Source: Candidatus Aenigmatarchaeota archaeon
Lineage (GTDB): Archaea; Aenigmatarchaeota; Aenigmatarchaeia; CG10238-14; SCSR01
Direction of reading: 5' to 3'
Assembly: GCA_016177025.1 (NCBI GenBank)
Contig: JACOWB010000008.1
Coordinates: forward strand, 14,076-78,075
Length of the DNA: 64,000 nt
This document shows, piece by piece, positions 38,438 through 48,300 of the stretch; positions within the stretch are counted from its first letter, which is position 1; every line of letters begins with the position of its first letter. The notes beneath the pieces are model-generated. The model worked only from the letters and a program-made list of their open reading frames with translations, was not told where the DNA came from and searched no databases. The position numbers and the translations under genes are program-made.

Positions 38438-39367
38438 ATGCCTGATAGATTGTTTGATTACGAACATTGGGGTACTGGAGTCCTCTCTGCTGACACCAAT
38501 ATGGCCCTTGAAGAATATCTATTGAAAAGGGTTGCGGAACAGAAGTCCTTTGCCGCAATGAGATTTTATTCATTTGCAAGAGACACAATAGTTCTTGGAT
38601 ATGCTCAAGCCAATGATGCGGTAAAACGTTTAGATGCCGGTGTTGAACTTACGCGACGTATTACTGGCGGTTCGCATGTTCAGACTGGAAAGAATATAGT
38701 TGCATATTCCTTTGTGGTACCAAGAGACGGAAGTTTTAGACATTTTGAAGATATGCGCGCGTATTATGCAGAACGTGTTGCGAACTCCCTTGGCAATATA
38801 GGAATAGAATCCGTCACAGTTGACAATAAAGCTTCAACTATAAATGTCGGTGGTAGGATAATCGCAAGCCACGCAATATTCTGGGGAGTTAACAGTGCTT
38901 TGCTTCATGGATTGATACATCTGACTCCTTATGATGTTGACAGAATAGCTGAACGTGTTATGTTGCAACAACGCCAAATAGGAAGTCATACTTATTCAGA
39001 ATATGCCGCGTTAAAGAACTTGCCGACTGTAGCAACAGAGCTTAACGGCAGAATATCTGGTAATCGCATAAAAGATCACGTGTTAAGGCAACTTGTTAGT
39101 GATGCCATATCACAGGAAGTTACTGGAGGCCATTTTGAAAAGAAACAAATCGATGATAATGTGATGGCTAGGTCTTCTGAATTGTTCCAAAAGAGATATG
39201 GAACGCCACTATGGGTGAACGAACATAGGCCGACGTTTACGCCTGTTGAAGTCGAAGCCATCCCTGGGGAAGAATTGGACGGTCCACTAAGGAAAAACCT
39301 TGGATACTGCTTATTCATACAAGTGCCTGACAGTGACTTCAAAGAAATGTCTGAACCTGTAGAATAA
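38438..39367 (+). CDS. Lipoate-protein ligase/lipoyl transferase family (BPL/LplA/LipB fold), divergent
   Basis: NMALEEYL, IVLGYAQ, RRITGGSHV, LLHG; adjacent to the E1/E2 genes. Confidence 0.75.
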   Translation: MPDRLFDYEHWGTGVLSADTNMALEEYLLKRVAEQKSFAAMRFYSFARDTIVLGYAQANDAVKRLDAGVELTRRITGGSHVQTGKNIVAYSFVVPRDGSFRHFEDMRAYYAERVANSLGNIGIESVTVDNKASTINVGGRIIASHAIFWGVNSALLHGLIHLTPYDVDRIAERVMLQQRQIGSHTYSEYAALKNLPTVATELNGRISGNRIKDHVLRQLVSDAISQEVTGGHFEKKQIDDNVMARSSELFQKRYGTPLWVNEHRPTFTPVEVEAIPGEELDGPLRKNLGYCLFIQVPDSDFKEMSEPVE

Positions 39368-39396
39368 TTTATTTATTAAAACATAAGAGAGTTTAT

Positions 39397-40455
39397 ATGC
39401 CGAAAGATGATATTAAAATTGATTTGGATATTTTCCAGATTCTGAATGAAGACGGCAAGATTGTAAATACAAAGGAAATGCCGCAGCTGAAGAATGATGA
39501 TATCAAAAGAATGTACGAACTGATGGTTCTTGCACGCGTGTTCGATGATACTGCACTGAAACTACAGAGAGAGGGCAGAATGCTAACATATGCTTCACTT
39601 CAGGGGCAGGAAGCTGCACAAATCGGATCCGCACTTGCATTCCAGAAGAATGACTGGTTTGTTCCTTCTTATCGCGAGAATGGCGTTTTCATTACAGTTA
39701 ATTATCCGCTGGACATGCTTTACCAGTATTGGGCTGGTGATGAAAGGGGGATGAAGATTCCCGATGACATCAATGCATTGCCTGTCGCGATTCCTGTTGG
39801 AAGCCAGATACCGCATGCAGTTGGCATAGCATGGGCTAACAAATTGATGGGAAGAGATTCTGTTGCGGTTGTATATTTCGGTGATGGCGCCACGAGCAAG
39901 GGGGATTTCCATGAAGGAGCTAATTTTGCCGGGGTTTTTCAGGTTCCTTGCGTTTTCATTTGCCAGAATAACCAGTGGGCCATATCTGTTCCGTTCAAGA
40001 AACAGACACATGCCGAGACGGTAGCACAGAAGGCGATCGCATACGGAATTGAGGGCGTTCGCGTGGATGGCAATGATGTTTTTGCTGTTTTCAAAATTGT
40101 GAAAGATGCTGTTGCCAAGGCTCGTGCAGGAAAGGGGCCGACGCTAATCGAATGCGTGACTTACAGATTGCAGCACCACACTACCGCAGACGACTGGACA
40201 AAATACAGAACACCTGAAGAAGTTGATATGTGGAAACGGAAGGATCCTATTGCACGATTGAAGAAATACATGGAAGATGAGGGGATATGGAATGAAGCTT
40301 ATGAGATGCAAGTTTTGAATGATGCCAAGGCCAAAGTAAGTGAGGCTACGAAGAAATTCGAATCGGCAGAGCCACCAAAACCAATAGACATGTTCACGAA
40401 TGTTTACGAGGAATTGCCTCCTGAAATAGAGGAACAGAGGAAGGATTTTGAGTGA
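39397..40455 (+). CDS. pdhA: 2-oxoacid (pyruvate) dehydrogenase E1 alpha
   Basis: LQREGR, GQEAAQ, FGDGATS, QNNQWAIS, DGND, HTTADD. Confidence 0.93.
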   Translation: MPKDDIKIDLDIFQILNEDGKIVNTKEMPQLKNDDIKRMYELMVLARVFDDTALKLQREGRMLTYASLQGQEAAQIGSALAFQKNDWFVPSYRENGVFITVNYPLDMLYQYWAGDERGMKIPDDINALPVAIPVGSQIPHAVGIAWANKLMGRDSVAVVYFGDGATSKGDFHEGANFAGVFQVPCVFICQNNQWAISVPFKKQTHAETVAQKAIAYGIEGVRVDGNDVFAVFKIVKDAVAKARAGKGPTLIECVTYRLQHHTTADDWTKYRTPEEVDMWKRKDPIARLKKYMEDEGIWNEAYEMQVLNDAKAKVSEATKKFESAEPPKPIDMFTNVYEELPPEIEEQRKDFE

Positions 40456-41431
40456 TGTTATGAAAATGAATCTGGTTCAAGCAATCGGTCTTGCGTTGAC
40501 GCAGGAAATGGAAAATGATCCGAGTGTAATTCTTTTGGGTGAGGACATTGGAGAAGACGGTGGTGTGTTCAGAGTTACAGAAGGTTTGTGGCAACAATTC
40601 GGTGACAATCGTGTTATTGACACTCCTCTGGCTGAAGTCGGGATAATTGCTACTTCCATTGGCTTGGCTATTGCAGGGATGAAACCGATACCGGAAGTTC
40701 AATTCGATGGATTTTCATTACCTATGCTCGATCAAATTTACAATCATGCGGGGAGAATGAGAAAAAGATCGCAGGGAAAATATCATGTGCCACTTGTATT
40801 CAGAGTTCCGCATGGCGGCGGCATCAGGGCATTGGAGCATCACTCGGAATCATTGGAAGCTTTCTTCACGCACATACCAGGGATTAAAGTTGTCACACCA
40901 TCCGGACCTTATAATGCGAAAGGATTGTTGGTTAGTTCTATTCGTGATCCTGACCCTGTTGTGTTTCTTGAGCCTAAGAGAATCTATCGCGCGATTAAAG
41001 AGGAGGTCCCTGAGGAGGAGTATACGATTCCTTTGAACAAGGCTGAAATCAGGCAGGAAGGAAGTGATGTTACTGTCATTGCATGGGGCGCGATGCAGAA
41101 GATTGTAAAGGAAGCTGTCGAGAAATTAGCTGGAAAGTATTCTGTTGAAATTCTAGATTTGTTGACGCTATATCCTGTTGATAGGAATACTATAATTGAT
41201 TCTGTTAAAAAGACTGGAAGATGTGTTGTTGTGCAGGAAGCACCTAGGACATGCGGATATGGTGCTGAGTTGATTGCGACGATTAATGATAAGGCCTTGT
41301 TGAGTTTGGAAGCGCCTGTTCAGAGGGTGACTGGATACGACATTCCTGTGCCGTTGCCAAAGCTGGAGAATTATTACATTCCCGATGTTACTAGGATTAA
41401 TAAGGCAATCGAAGCCGCGATGAGTTTCTAA
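40448..41431 (+). CDS. pdhB: 2-oxoacid (pyruvate) dehydrogenase E1 beta
   Basis: GEDIG..GGVFRVT, DTPLAE, HHSES, DPVVFLEPK. Confidence 0.93.
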   Translation: MSDVMKMNLVQAIGLALTQEMENDPSVILLGEDIGEDGGVFRVTEGLWQQFGDNRVIDTPLAEVGIIATSIGLAIAGMKPIPEVQFDGFSLPMLDQIYNHAGRMRKRSQGKYHVPLVFRVPHGGGIRALEHHSESLEAFFTHIPGIKVVTPSGPYNAKGLLVSSIRDPDPVVFLEPKRIYRAIKEEVPEEEYTIPLNKAEIRQEGSDVTVIAWGAMQKIVKEAVEKLAGKYSVEILDLLTLYPVDRNTIIDSVKKTGRCVVVQEAPRTCGYGAELIATINDKALLSLEAPVQRVTGYDIPVPLPKLENYYIPDVTRINKAIEAAMSF

Positions 41432-41468
41432 AACCCGCATTATCTCAACTTGAGGCTATCATGGGTTT
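41430..41468 (+). terminator. Imperfect hairpin after pdhB (possible terminator)
   Basis: aaacccgcattatctcaa-c-ttgaggctatcatgggttt followed by T-rich sequence. Confidence 0.35.
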
Positions 41469-41610
41469 TAATTATTTTATTCCAAATTAATGGGACTTTA
41501 TAAATGAAAATTAAGGTAATTACAATAGATGGAAGGGAAATGGGAGAAATGCTCAGCCCAATCGGTACCAATATTTCTGATTGACTAAAAATGAGAATTC
41601 AGAGTGTTTC

Positions 41611-42201
41611 TTAAGAAGTCATACCGTCTATGCTTTCAATGACATACCGAATATTTCCCTTTGGCGCATTGACATCTACTTCGTCACCAACCCGTTTACC
41701 AAGTAAAGAACTGCCTACGGGAGAGGTTTTAGATATTTTGCCTTGTTCCAGATTTGCTTGCCCATTCACAATAGTATACATATGTTCGCCTCCTGAACCA
41801 ACCTCTCGAATATGCACAGTCATACCCACTCTCACGACATTTTCATAAGTGGGGAAAGCTTCTGGCATATCGCCGGGGTCACCGTATACATTAAAGGCGC
41901 TTCCAGTCGTTCTTCTTGCCGGTACGTTTCTCCTAGGCACTTTTCGCTGAACTCGATAAGTCAAATGCCCAGGATCTATTTGTGCAACTCGAGCCAGTCC
42001 ATACGAAGTAAGATCATATGGGCCGTCTGCCGGGCCCCATTCGATTAATCCTCCTTTTCTCAAGCGTGTTATTGTATTTTTAACTTGCTTCTGGTTACCT
42101 TCAACAAGCTCTAATAAAAGGCTTATATCAGGGTGCCTGTAATAAATGTTTTCTAATACAACATTCTCTTTTTCACCCGGGGTTAGTTTGCTATACGACA
42201 T
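41611..42201 (-). CDS. Winged-helix + GreA/GreB C-terminal domain fusion
   Basis: N-terminal KNTITRLRKGGLIE..YDLTSYG; C-terminal VRVGMTV...GKISKTSPVGSSLLGKRVGDEVDVNAPKG. Confidence 0.75.
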   Translation of the reverse strand: MSYSKLTPGEKENVVLENIYYRHPDISLLLELVEGNQKQVKNTITRLRKGGLIEWGPADGPYDLTSYGLARVAQIDPGHLTYRVQRKVPRRNVPARRTTGSAFNVYGDPGDMPEAFPTYENVVRVGMTVHIREVGSGGEHMYTIVNGQANLEQGKISKTSPVGSSLLGKRVGDEVDVNAPKGNIRYVIESIDGMTS

Positions 42202-42294
42202 ATATAGCTAATTTATTGAAATCTTAGGTTTAAGCATTTTTCTAATTTCAGAGTTAAAAGAACGAACTTTTGAATGCGTCTGATGCGTTCTTAG

Positions 42295-42504
42295 TTAAAA
42301 AACTAATTTCTCCTCCAAGATACTCGCACTACCGCCGGATTTCTTGATGAAAGTTGCTATTTCTATTAAGGAACGCAAATCTCGTGATTTCCAAAGAGAC
42401 TGTTGAAATTTTTTGGAATCAATTTTAATTAAATCTCTGTGAACTTTCTTTCTAACTCTAGTCAGCTCCCTTGGCATATCGAAAGTTAAAATAAACTCTT
42501 TCAT
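42295..42504 (-). CDS. Solo Cas2-like/PaaX middle-domain small protein
   Basis: ILTFDMP..R..VHRDL....KFQQSLW ferredoxin-fold signature; no cas genes or array nearby. Confidence 0.65.
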   Translation of the reverse strand: MKEFILTFDMPRELTRVRKKVHRDLIKIDSKKFQQSLWKSRDLRSLIEIATFIKKSGGSASILEEKLVF

Positions 42505-42511
42505 GATATTG

Positions 42512-42529
42512 ATGTCACACGTGTGACAT
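42512..42529. promoter_or_regulatory. Perfect 18-bp palindrome in the divergent Cas2-like/pdhC spacer
   Basis: ATGTCACACGTGTGACAT, abutting tttaaa (42529-42534). Confidence 0.7.
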
Positions 42530-42566
42530 TTAAACTTTTCTATACTTCAAAAACAAAAGAAAGATA

Positions 42567-43823
42567 ATGCCAAAAGAGTTCAAGTTCCCTGACATCGGCG
42601 AAGGAATAGAAGAAGGAGAGATAGTCAAGTGGCACGTCAAGGAAGGCGACAAGGTAGAAGAGCATCAAGTAGTCGGCGAAGTGGAGACTGACAAGGCTGT
42701 TGCTGAAATTCCGTCCCCATATTCTGGTATCGTGCTGAAGATTAATTTCAAGGAAGGCGAGACTGTAAAAGTTGGCCAAGTGTTATTTGTTATAGGAGAG
42801 GAAGGAGAAACTGTTTCTGAAACTAAGCCCGAGGTTAAAGCTCCTGTATTTAAAGCGGCTGGTGCGGTTGGTTATCTTGAAGAGGCCCCTGAAGAGGAGG
42901 ATGTTCAACCTAGACATGTGGTTGCAAAGCCCGTCACTGTCGAATCTGCTGTATTGGCTACCCCTATAGTAAGAAATCTTGCGAGACAGTTAGGTGTTGA
43001 TATAACAAAAGTTGTCGGAACTGGTCCTGAGGGAAGAATAACCGAAGACGATGTGAAAAAGTCTATTGAAACAACAGAAGAAAAATCTCCTGAAATAAAG
43101 AAAGTGAGAAAATACGATATGTGGGGTTATGTCGACCATGTCCCATTGAAGGGAATAAGGAAATCTATCGCTAGACACATGGTAGAATCCGTGAAGCACA
43201 TACCGCATGTAGCGACAATGGACGAGGCTGATGTAACTGAATTGGCAAAACTGCGGGAGCGAGAAAAAATTAAAGCGCAAGAGAAGGGAATCAAATTAAC
43301 ATATCTACCATTCATAATGAAAGCCTGCGTTGCCGCACTGAAAGAATTCCCGTTATTGAACGCCACACTCGACGAGGAGAATGAAGACATTATTGTTAGG
43401 AAATACTACAGCATTGGGTTTGCTGTTGATGTCGACGGCGAGGGGTTGGTCGTACCTGTGATAAAGTATGCAGAAAATAAAAGCATATTGGATATAGCCA
43501 AAGAATTGCAGGATCTTGCTGAAAAGGCCAGAATTAAAAAACTGGATTTGAACGACATGCGTGGCGGGTCCTTTTCAATCACCAATTACGGAAGCATTGG
43601 CGGGATATTCGCCACACCGATAATCAACTATCCTGAATCTGCGATACTCGGCATGGGAAGGATATACGAAAAACCTCTAATTGTCGAAGGCAAGATAGAA
43701 GTGAGGAAGGTCTTACCCTTGTCGCTAGTGTTTGACCATCGAGTTGCCGACGGCGCTTATGCTGCAAGATTTTTGAATGCTCTTATTCTGAATTTAAAAA
43801 ATCCAGAGAAGCTACTTGAATAA
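42567..43823 (+). CDS. pdhC: Dihydrolipoamide acyltransferase E2
   Basis: Lipoyl domain VETDKA, E3-binding ATP.VR.LA...GTGPEGRI, DHRVADG. Confidence 0.95.
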   Translation: MPKEFKFPDIGEGIEEGEIVKWHVKEGDKVEEHQVVGEVETDKAVAEIPSPYSGIVLKINFKEGETVKVGQVLFVIGEEGETVSETKPEVKAPVFKAAGAVGYLEEAPEEEDVQPRHVVAKPVTVESAVLATPIVRNLARQLGVDITKVVGTGPEGRITEDDVKKSIETTEEKSPEIKKVRKYDMWGYVDHVPLKGIRKSIARHMVESVKHIPHVATMDEADVTELAKLREREKIKAQEKGIKLTYLPFIMKACVAALKEFPLLNATLDEENEDIIVRKYYSIGFAVDVDGEGLVVPVIKYAENKSILDIAKELQDLAEKARIKKLDLNDMRGGSFSITNYGSIGGIFATPIINYPESAILGMGRIYEKPLIVEGKIEVRKVLPLSLVFDHRVADGAYAARFLNALILNLKNPEKLLE

Positions 43824-43882
43824 GGTATTTATAATCTTCTGATTAAACCTATTTATCAGGTGGAATAACGCCGTTCGAAACA

Positions 43883-44179
43883 TTGCTGTTCTCGTGGGGA
43901 ATTGTTGATGTAATTGCTGGGTCTTTATTGGCTTTAAATTTTGTATCTTTCTTCCACACCTTGCTTTTCTATTTCGGTGTGATAATTCTCGTAAAGGGTA
44001 TGTGGACACTTGTTATGAGATGGCGCAATAAGATTTATTTTGATGTGACAAACTGGGTAGATGTGTTATCGGGCGCTATCATGCTTTTAATTTACTTTGG
44101 CGTATCAACGCCTTTCTCATGGATTCTAGGATTAGCGATCATAATCAAAGGCCTGTGGTCAATGATTACAGCGATGTAG
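43883..44179 (+). CDS. Small membrane protein (start uncertain)
   Basis: Four hydrophobic segments with repeated D...G / KG motif. Confidence 0.6.
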   Translation: MLFSWGIVDVIAGSLLALNFVSFFHTLLFYFGVIILVKGMWTLVMRWRNKIYFDVTNWVDVLSGAIMLLIYFGVSTPFSWILGLAIIIKGLWSMITAM

Positions 44180-44225
44180 ATTTTACCATAACAAAGTTTA
44201 TATTTCTGCAAACAGATTCCCCGTT

Positions 44226-44444
44226 ATGGTTATTGTATATCTTCTGACAATTCTAGATGCGGTGACGGCATTCGTGCTGGCTACTCATGTTGCACTAGGA
44301 TGGTTTTCTGCAGAGGTTGTGGCATACCATGCCGCAGCATTTGACATCCTTTCTTTTAATATGGCCACTGTCACTTCTGTTGTCTGGCTTTTGCAAAAAG
44401 GTATCTTTTTATTTATAACACCTATTCTTAAGATATTTTTCTAG
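44226..44444 (+). CDS. Small membrane protein, possibly an internally shortened relative of 43883
   Basis: LD...; WLLQKG; hydrophobic. Confidence 0.45.
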   Translation: MVIVYLLTILDAVTAFVLATHVALGWFSAEVVAYHAAAFDILSFNMATVTSVVWLLQKGIFLFITPILKIFF

Positions 44445-44451
44445 TGGTCGA

Positions 44452-44652
44452 ATGAATCTGGAATTTTTCGAATTTAGCCTGCGCAAACTGGTGATAGCCA
44501 AGACTTTCGGCATACCCCTCCTGATAGCAGACTATGCATTCGATGTTTTCTCGTACATACAGCTTGGCACAGCACTAAAAATCATTCTGCTTATAATCGG
44601 AAGCTATCTGCTAGGGTGCACGGTCGACTATCTCATTTACAAGTCTAGATAA
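44452..44652 (+). CDS. Small membrane protein
   Basis: 66 aa with two hydrophobic helices. Confidence 0.5.
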   Translation: MNLEFFEFSLRKLVIAKTFGIPLLIADYAFDVFSYIQLGTALKIILLIIGSYLLGCTVDYLIYKSR

Positions 44653-45364
44653 AGTAGTGAACAGCGCCCCCGATAAAATATGCGACAGAAGCCGCAAACA
44701 CTCCTATAACAAGCATCTCCAGACCGCTCCTGAGCCATCCTATCTGCGTGAACATACTCTTCAGACTGCCGAGGATGAATATGCTTGCAAAGGAACTTGT
44801 CAATGCTATAATAAGCGCCGTGTTGACATCGTTAAAAAAATAAGGCACCAGCGGTATGCCACCTCCTATGAGAAAGGCGATGAAAATTATAATTCCCACT
44901 TTCAAGGGGTTTGGGTAACTGCTCTCCACCAATCCAAGCTCCTCCTTCATCATAACGTCCAGCCATCTCTCCTTTTTTGACGTTATCGTTTTCACAATCT
45001 TCTCCAGAGTTTTTCCCCTGAAACCCTTCTGCATGTATATATGCATTATTTCCTCCCTCTCTGCATCCGGCGATTTTTCGATCTCCTTTCTTTCCCTCCC
45101 CTTTATCTTTTTATAGACTTCCACCTGAGACTTGGATGATATGTATCCGCCCAGAGACATGGAAATACCGTCTGCCAAAATGTTCGCCATGCCCGCAAAA
45201 ATTATTATAAGATTGGAAATGCCTGTAGCGGTAAGCGCGGCAACAATGGCCAGAGTAGTTATTATTCCGTCATTGAACCCGAAAATAAAATCCCTTATAT
45301 GCTGACCGTAATTAACTTTTGATTGTTCATAAATCCTGTGGGACTCGAACTCGGAAGGATTCAT
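44645..45364 (-). CDS. VIT1/CCC1-family Fe/Mn transporter
   Basis: FGFNDG, ADGISMSLGGYIS, MMKEELG, GGGIPLVPY. Confidence 0.9.
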   Translation of the reverse strand: MNPSEFESHRIYEQSKVNYGQHIRDFIFGFNDGIITTLAIVAALTATGISNLIIIFAGMANILADGISMSLGGYISSKSQVEVYKKIKGRERKEIEKSPDAEREEIMHIYMQKGFRGKTLEKIVKTITSKKERWLDVMMKEELGLVESSYPNPLKVGIIIFIAFLIGGGIPLVPYFFNDVNTALIIALTSSFASIFILGSLKSMFTQIGWLRSGLEMLVIGVFAASVAYFIGGAVHYFI

Positions 45365-45387
45365 TAAAAATAATTAACAGAAGAAGT

Positions 45388-48300
45388 TTAAGAGCATCCG
45401 CTAGTCGCACCGCATGAGGTGCAGACATAACAACTCCCGCTCCTAACCATCATCCCGCCGCATTCATGGCATGTGGGAGCATCTCCGGCCAAGTCATACT
45501 TGAACCCCTCTTTCTCTCTGGTGAATTGCGATAACTTGGCTATCTCCCGGCTCTGACTTTCGACGTCTTCTGCCTCCTTTTCAATGACAATCTTCTCCCC
45601 GTTCAGCAATCCCAGTTCCTTCAAATCCTCCTTCGGCAGGAACTTGATTGCAAGCCATCTGAAAATGTAATCCATGATTGATTTGGCAACAGGTATATCC
45701 GGATTATCGGTCCACCCCATAGGTTCGAATCTGTTGTTGATGTGCTTGCTGACCCATACTTTCAGCGGCACGCCATATTGCAGTCCTATAGATACAGCCT
45801 GCGCGAATGAATCCAACAATCCTCTTAAAGTGCTGCCCTGCTTCGCAACTGTGATGAATATCTCTCCTGGTGTATTCTCATCGAACAGTCCAACATGCAG
45901 ATAACCTTCCTGATTACCGACCCTGAACTTGTGCGCAATGGCTTGCCTTTCATCGGGCAGTCTTCTTCTTTCCAGTCTCATTTCTTCCTTCTTTTCCTTA
46001 AAAACATTAAGCGGCTGGATGACCTTGCTTCCATCGCGGTAAAGCGCAAGCGACTTCAATCCCAATTTCCACGATTCAAAATAAACCTTCTTAATCTCTT
46101 CAACAGTGGCATGATTGGGCATATTGATTGTCTTGCTTATGCTTCCTGATAGGAAAGGCTGTACAGCAGCCATCATGTACACATGCGCCATGTAATCGAT
46201 ATATCTCTCTCCCTTCTTTCCGCATCTGTTTGCGCAATCAAAAATCGGATAGTGCTCTGTCTTCAGATGCGGCGCGCCTTCTATAGTCTGTGTCCCGCAG
46301 ATGAATTCATTCGCAGCCTCAATTTCGTCATCCCTGAATCCAAGAGCTTTCAACAAATTGAAACCAGGTTCTGTGTACTGCGACTCCCTGATTCCCAATC
46401 TCTCCATGCAGTCCTTGCCAAGGGTGTTGATATTGAAAACGAATGACAACTCCAACGAGCCCGGCAACAACTTTTCCATCTTGGCTATATCATCATCGGT
46501 TATCCCCTTTCTCTTTAGCGTGAATGTATTAATGTAAGGCACGCCTTCAAACCTGTTGCTTCCAACCATGTACCTTAGGACATCTTTAATCTGGTCTTCT
46601 GTATATCCGAGATTTTTCAGTGCATGCGGGACGCTTTGATTGACAATCTTGAAATATCCCCCGCCAACCAATTTCTTGAACTTGACCAAAGCGAAATCCG
46701 GCTCCACCCCGGTTGTATCAGCGTCCATTACAAAACTGATGGTCCCTGTCGGAGCAATCAAAGTGGCTTGTGCATTCCTGTATCCATATTGCTCGCCCAA
46801 CATCAGCGCCCTGTCCCAGGATTCTATCGCTGTTTTCAAAAGATATTCGGGACACTGTGTATGATCAATGCCGGGAGGCACTATACTTAATTTTTCGTAT
46901 TCTTCTTTAGGTGCATTGTAAACTGCTCTTCTGTGATTTTTAATTACTCTCAGCATGTATTCTTTGTTCTTTTCAAATTCCTCAAAAGGACCCAATACAC
47001 TAGCAAGTTCCGCAGATGTGGCATAACTTTCGCCGCCCATTATTGCGCTTATTGCAGCTGCGATTGTTCTTGCTTTATCAGAATCGTAAGGGATTCCCAT
47101 CAGCATCAGAATAGAGCCGAGATTAGTGTACCCTAAACCAAGACTTCTTGTCTTGTAAGTTACGTCAGCGATTTCCTTTGAAGGGAATTGGGCCATTAAA
47201 ATCGAAATTTCAAGGACAATCGTCCATAAACGGACAGCATGCTTGAATGTTTCTGCATTGAATGTTCCTCCGTTTTCTAAGAATTTCCCGACATTTAATG
47301 ATGCCAAGTTGCATGCCGAATTATCAAGGTATGCGAACTCACTGCACGGGTTAGTTGCATTTATTCTACCGGATGCAGGTGATGTATGCCAATCATTGTA
47401 TGTTGTATCGAATTGCAATCCCGGATCGGCACATTCCCATGCTGCCTGCGCAATCGCATCCCACAAGTGACGAGCCTTGATTGTTTTCGCAATTCTGCCA
47501 TCGGTTCTCCATGTCAAGTTCCAATCCTTGTCATCGATAACGGCCTTCATGAATTCATCTGTCACACGAACTGAATTATTAGAATTCTGGCCGAAGACAT
47601 GTTCGCCTGCAGATTCGATATTATAACCATCGACTAATCCCGCGCCAACTAATGTTGCGAATTTTTTCTCTTCGTTCGCCTTCCATCTTATGAATGACTC
47701 TATCTCAGGATGGTCGATGTTCAACAGAACCATCTTTGCTGCTCTGCGAGTTGTGCCTCCAGATTTAATCGAGCCTGCGACAGTATCGTAAATCTTCAAG
47801 AAAGACATCACTCCGCTTGATGTTCCCCCACCTGACAAATGTTCGCCTTTGGCTCTCAAGTTTGAGAAATTCGTCCCTGTCCCACTTCCATATTTGAAAA
47901 TTCTTGCTTCCCTAACAGCTAAATCTAAAATACCGCCTTCATTAACCAAATCGTCTCTTACGGGCTGGATGAAGCATGCGTGACATTGCGAGTGGGAATA
48001 AGCATCTTTCGATTGTGTCAATTCCTTTGTGTCGGGATCCACATACCAATGCCCCTGTGCTGATCCAGTGATTCCATAAGCCCACTGCAATCCTGTGTTG
48101 AACCATTGAGGTGAATTTGGTGCCGCGAATTGTTGTAACAGTGTGTATGAGATTTCATCATAAAATGCCTGTGCGTCACCTTCTGTTGCAAAATAATTGT
48201 ATTTCTTTCCCCACCATGTCCAGCATCCTGCAAGCCTGTGAATAACTTGCTTCAATGACGTCTCGCTACCGAGAATTTGCTGACCGTTCGCATCTAGAAC

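Noticed and set aside
18332-42504. CRISPR-Cas system suggested by CARF-like and Cas2-like genes
   Set aside because: No repeat-spacer array and no cas1, cas10 or effector genes were seen; the two genes are 23 kb apart.
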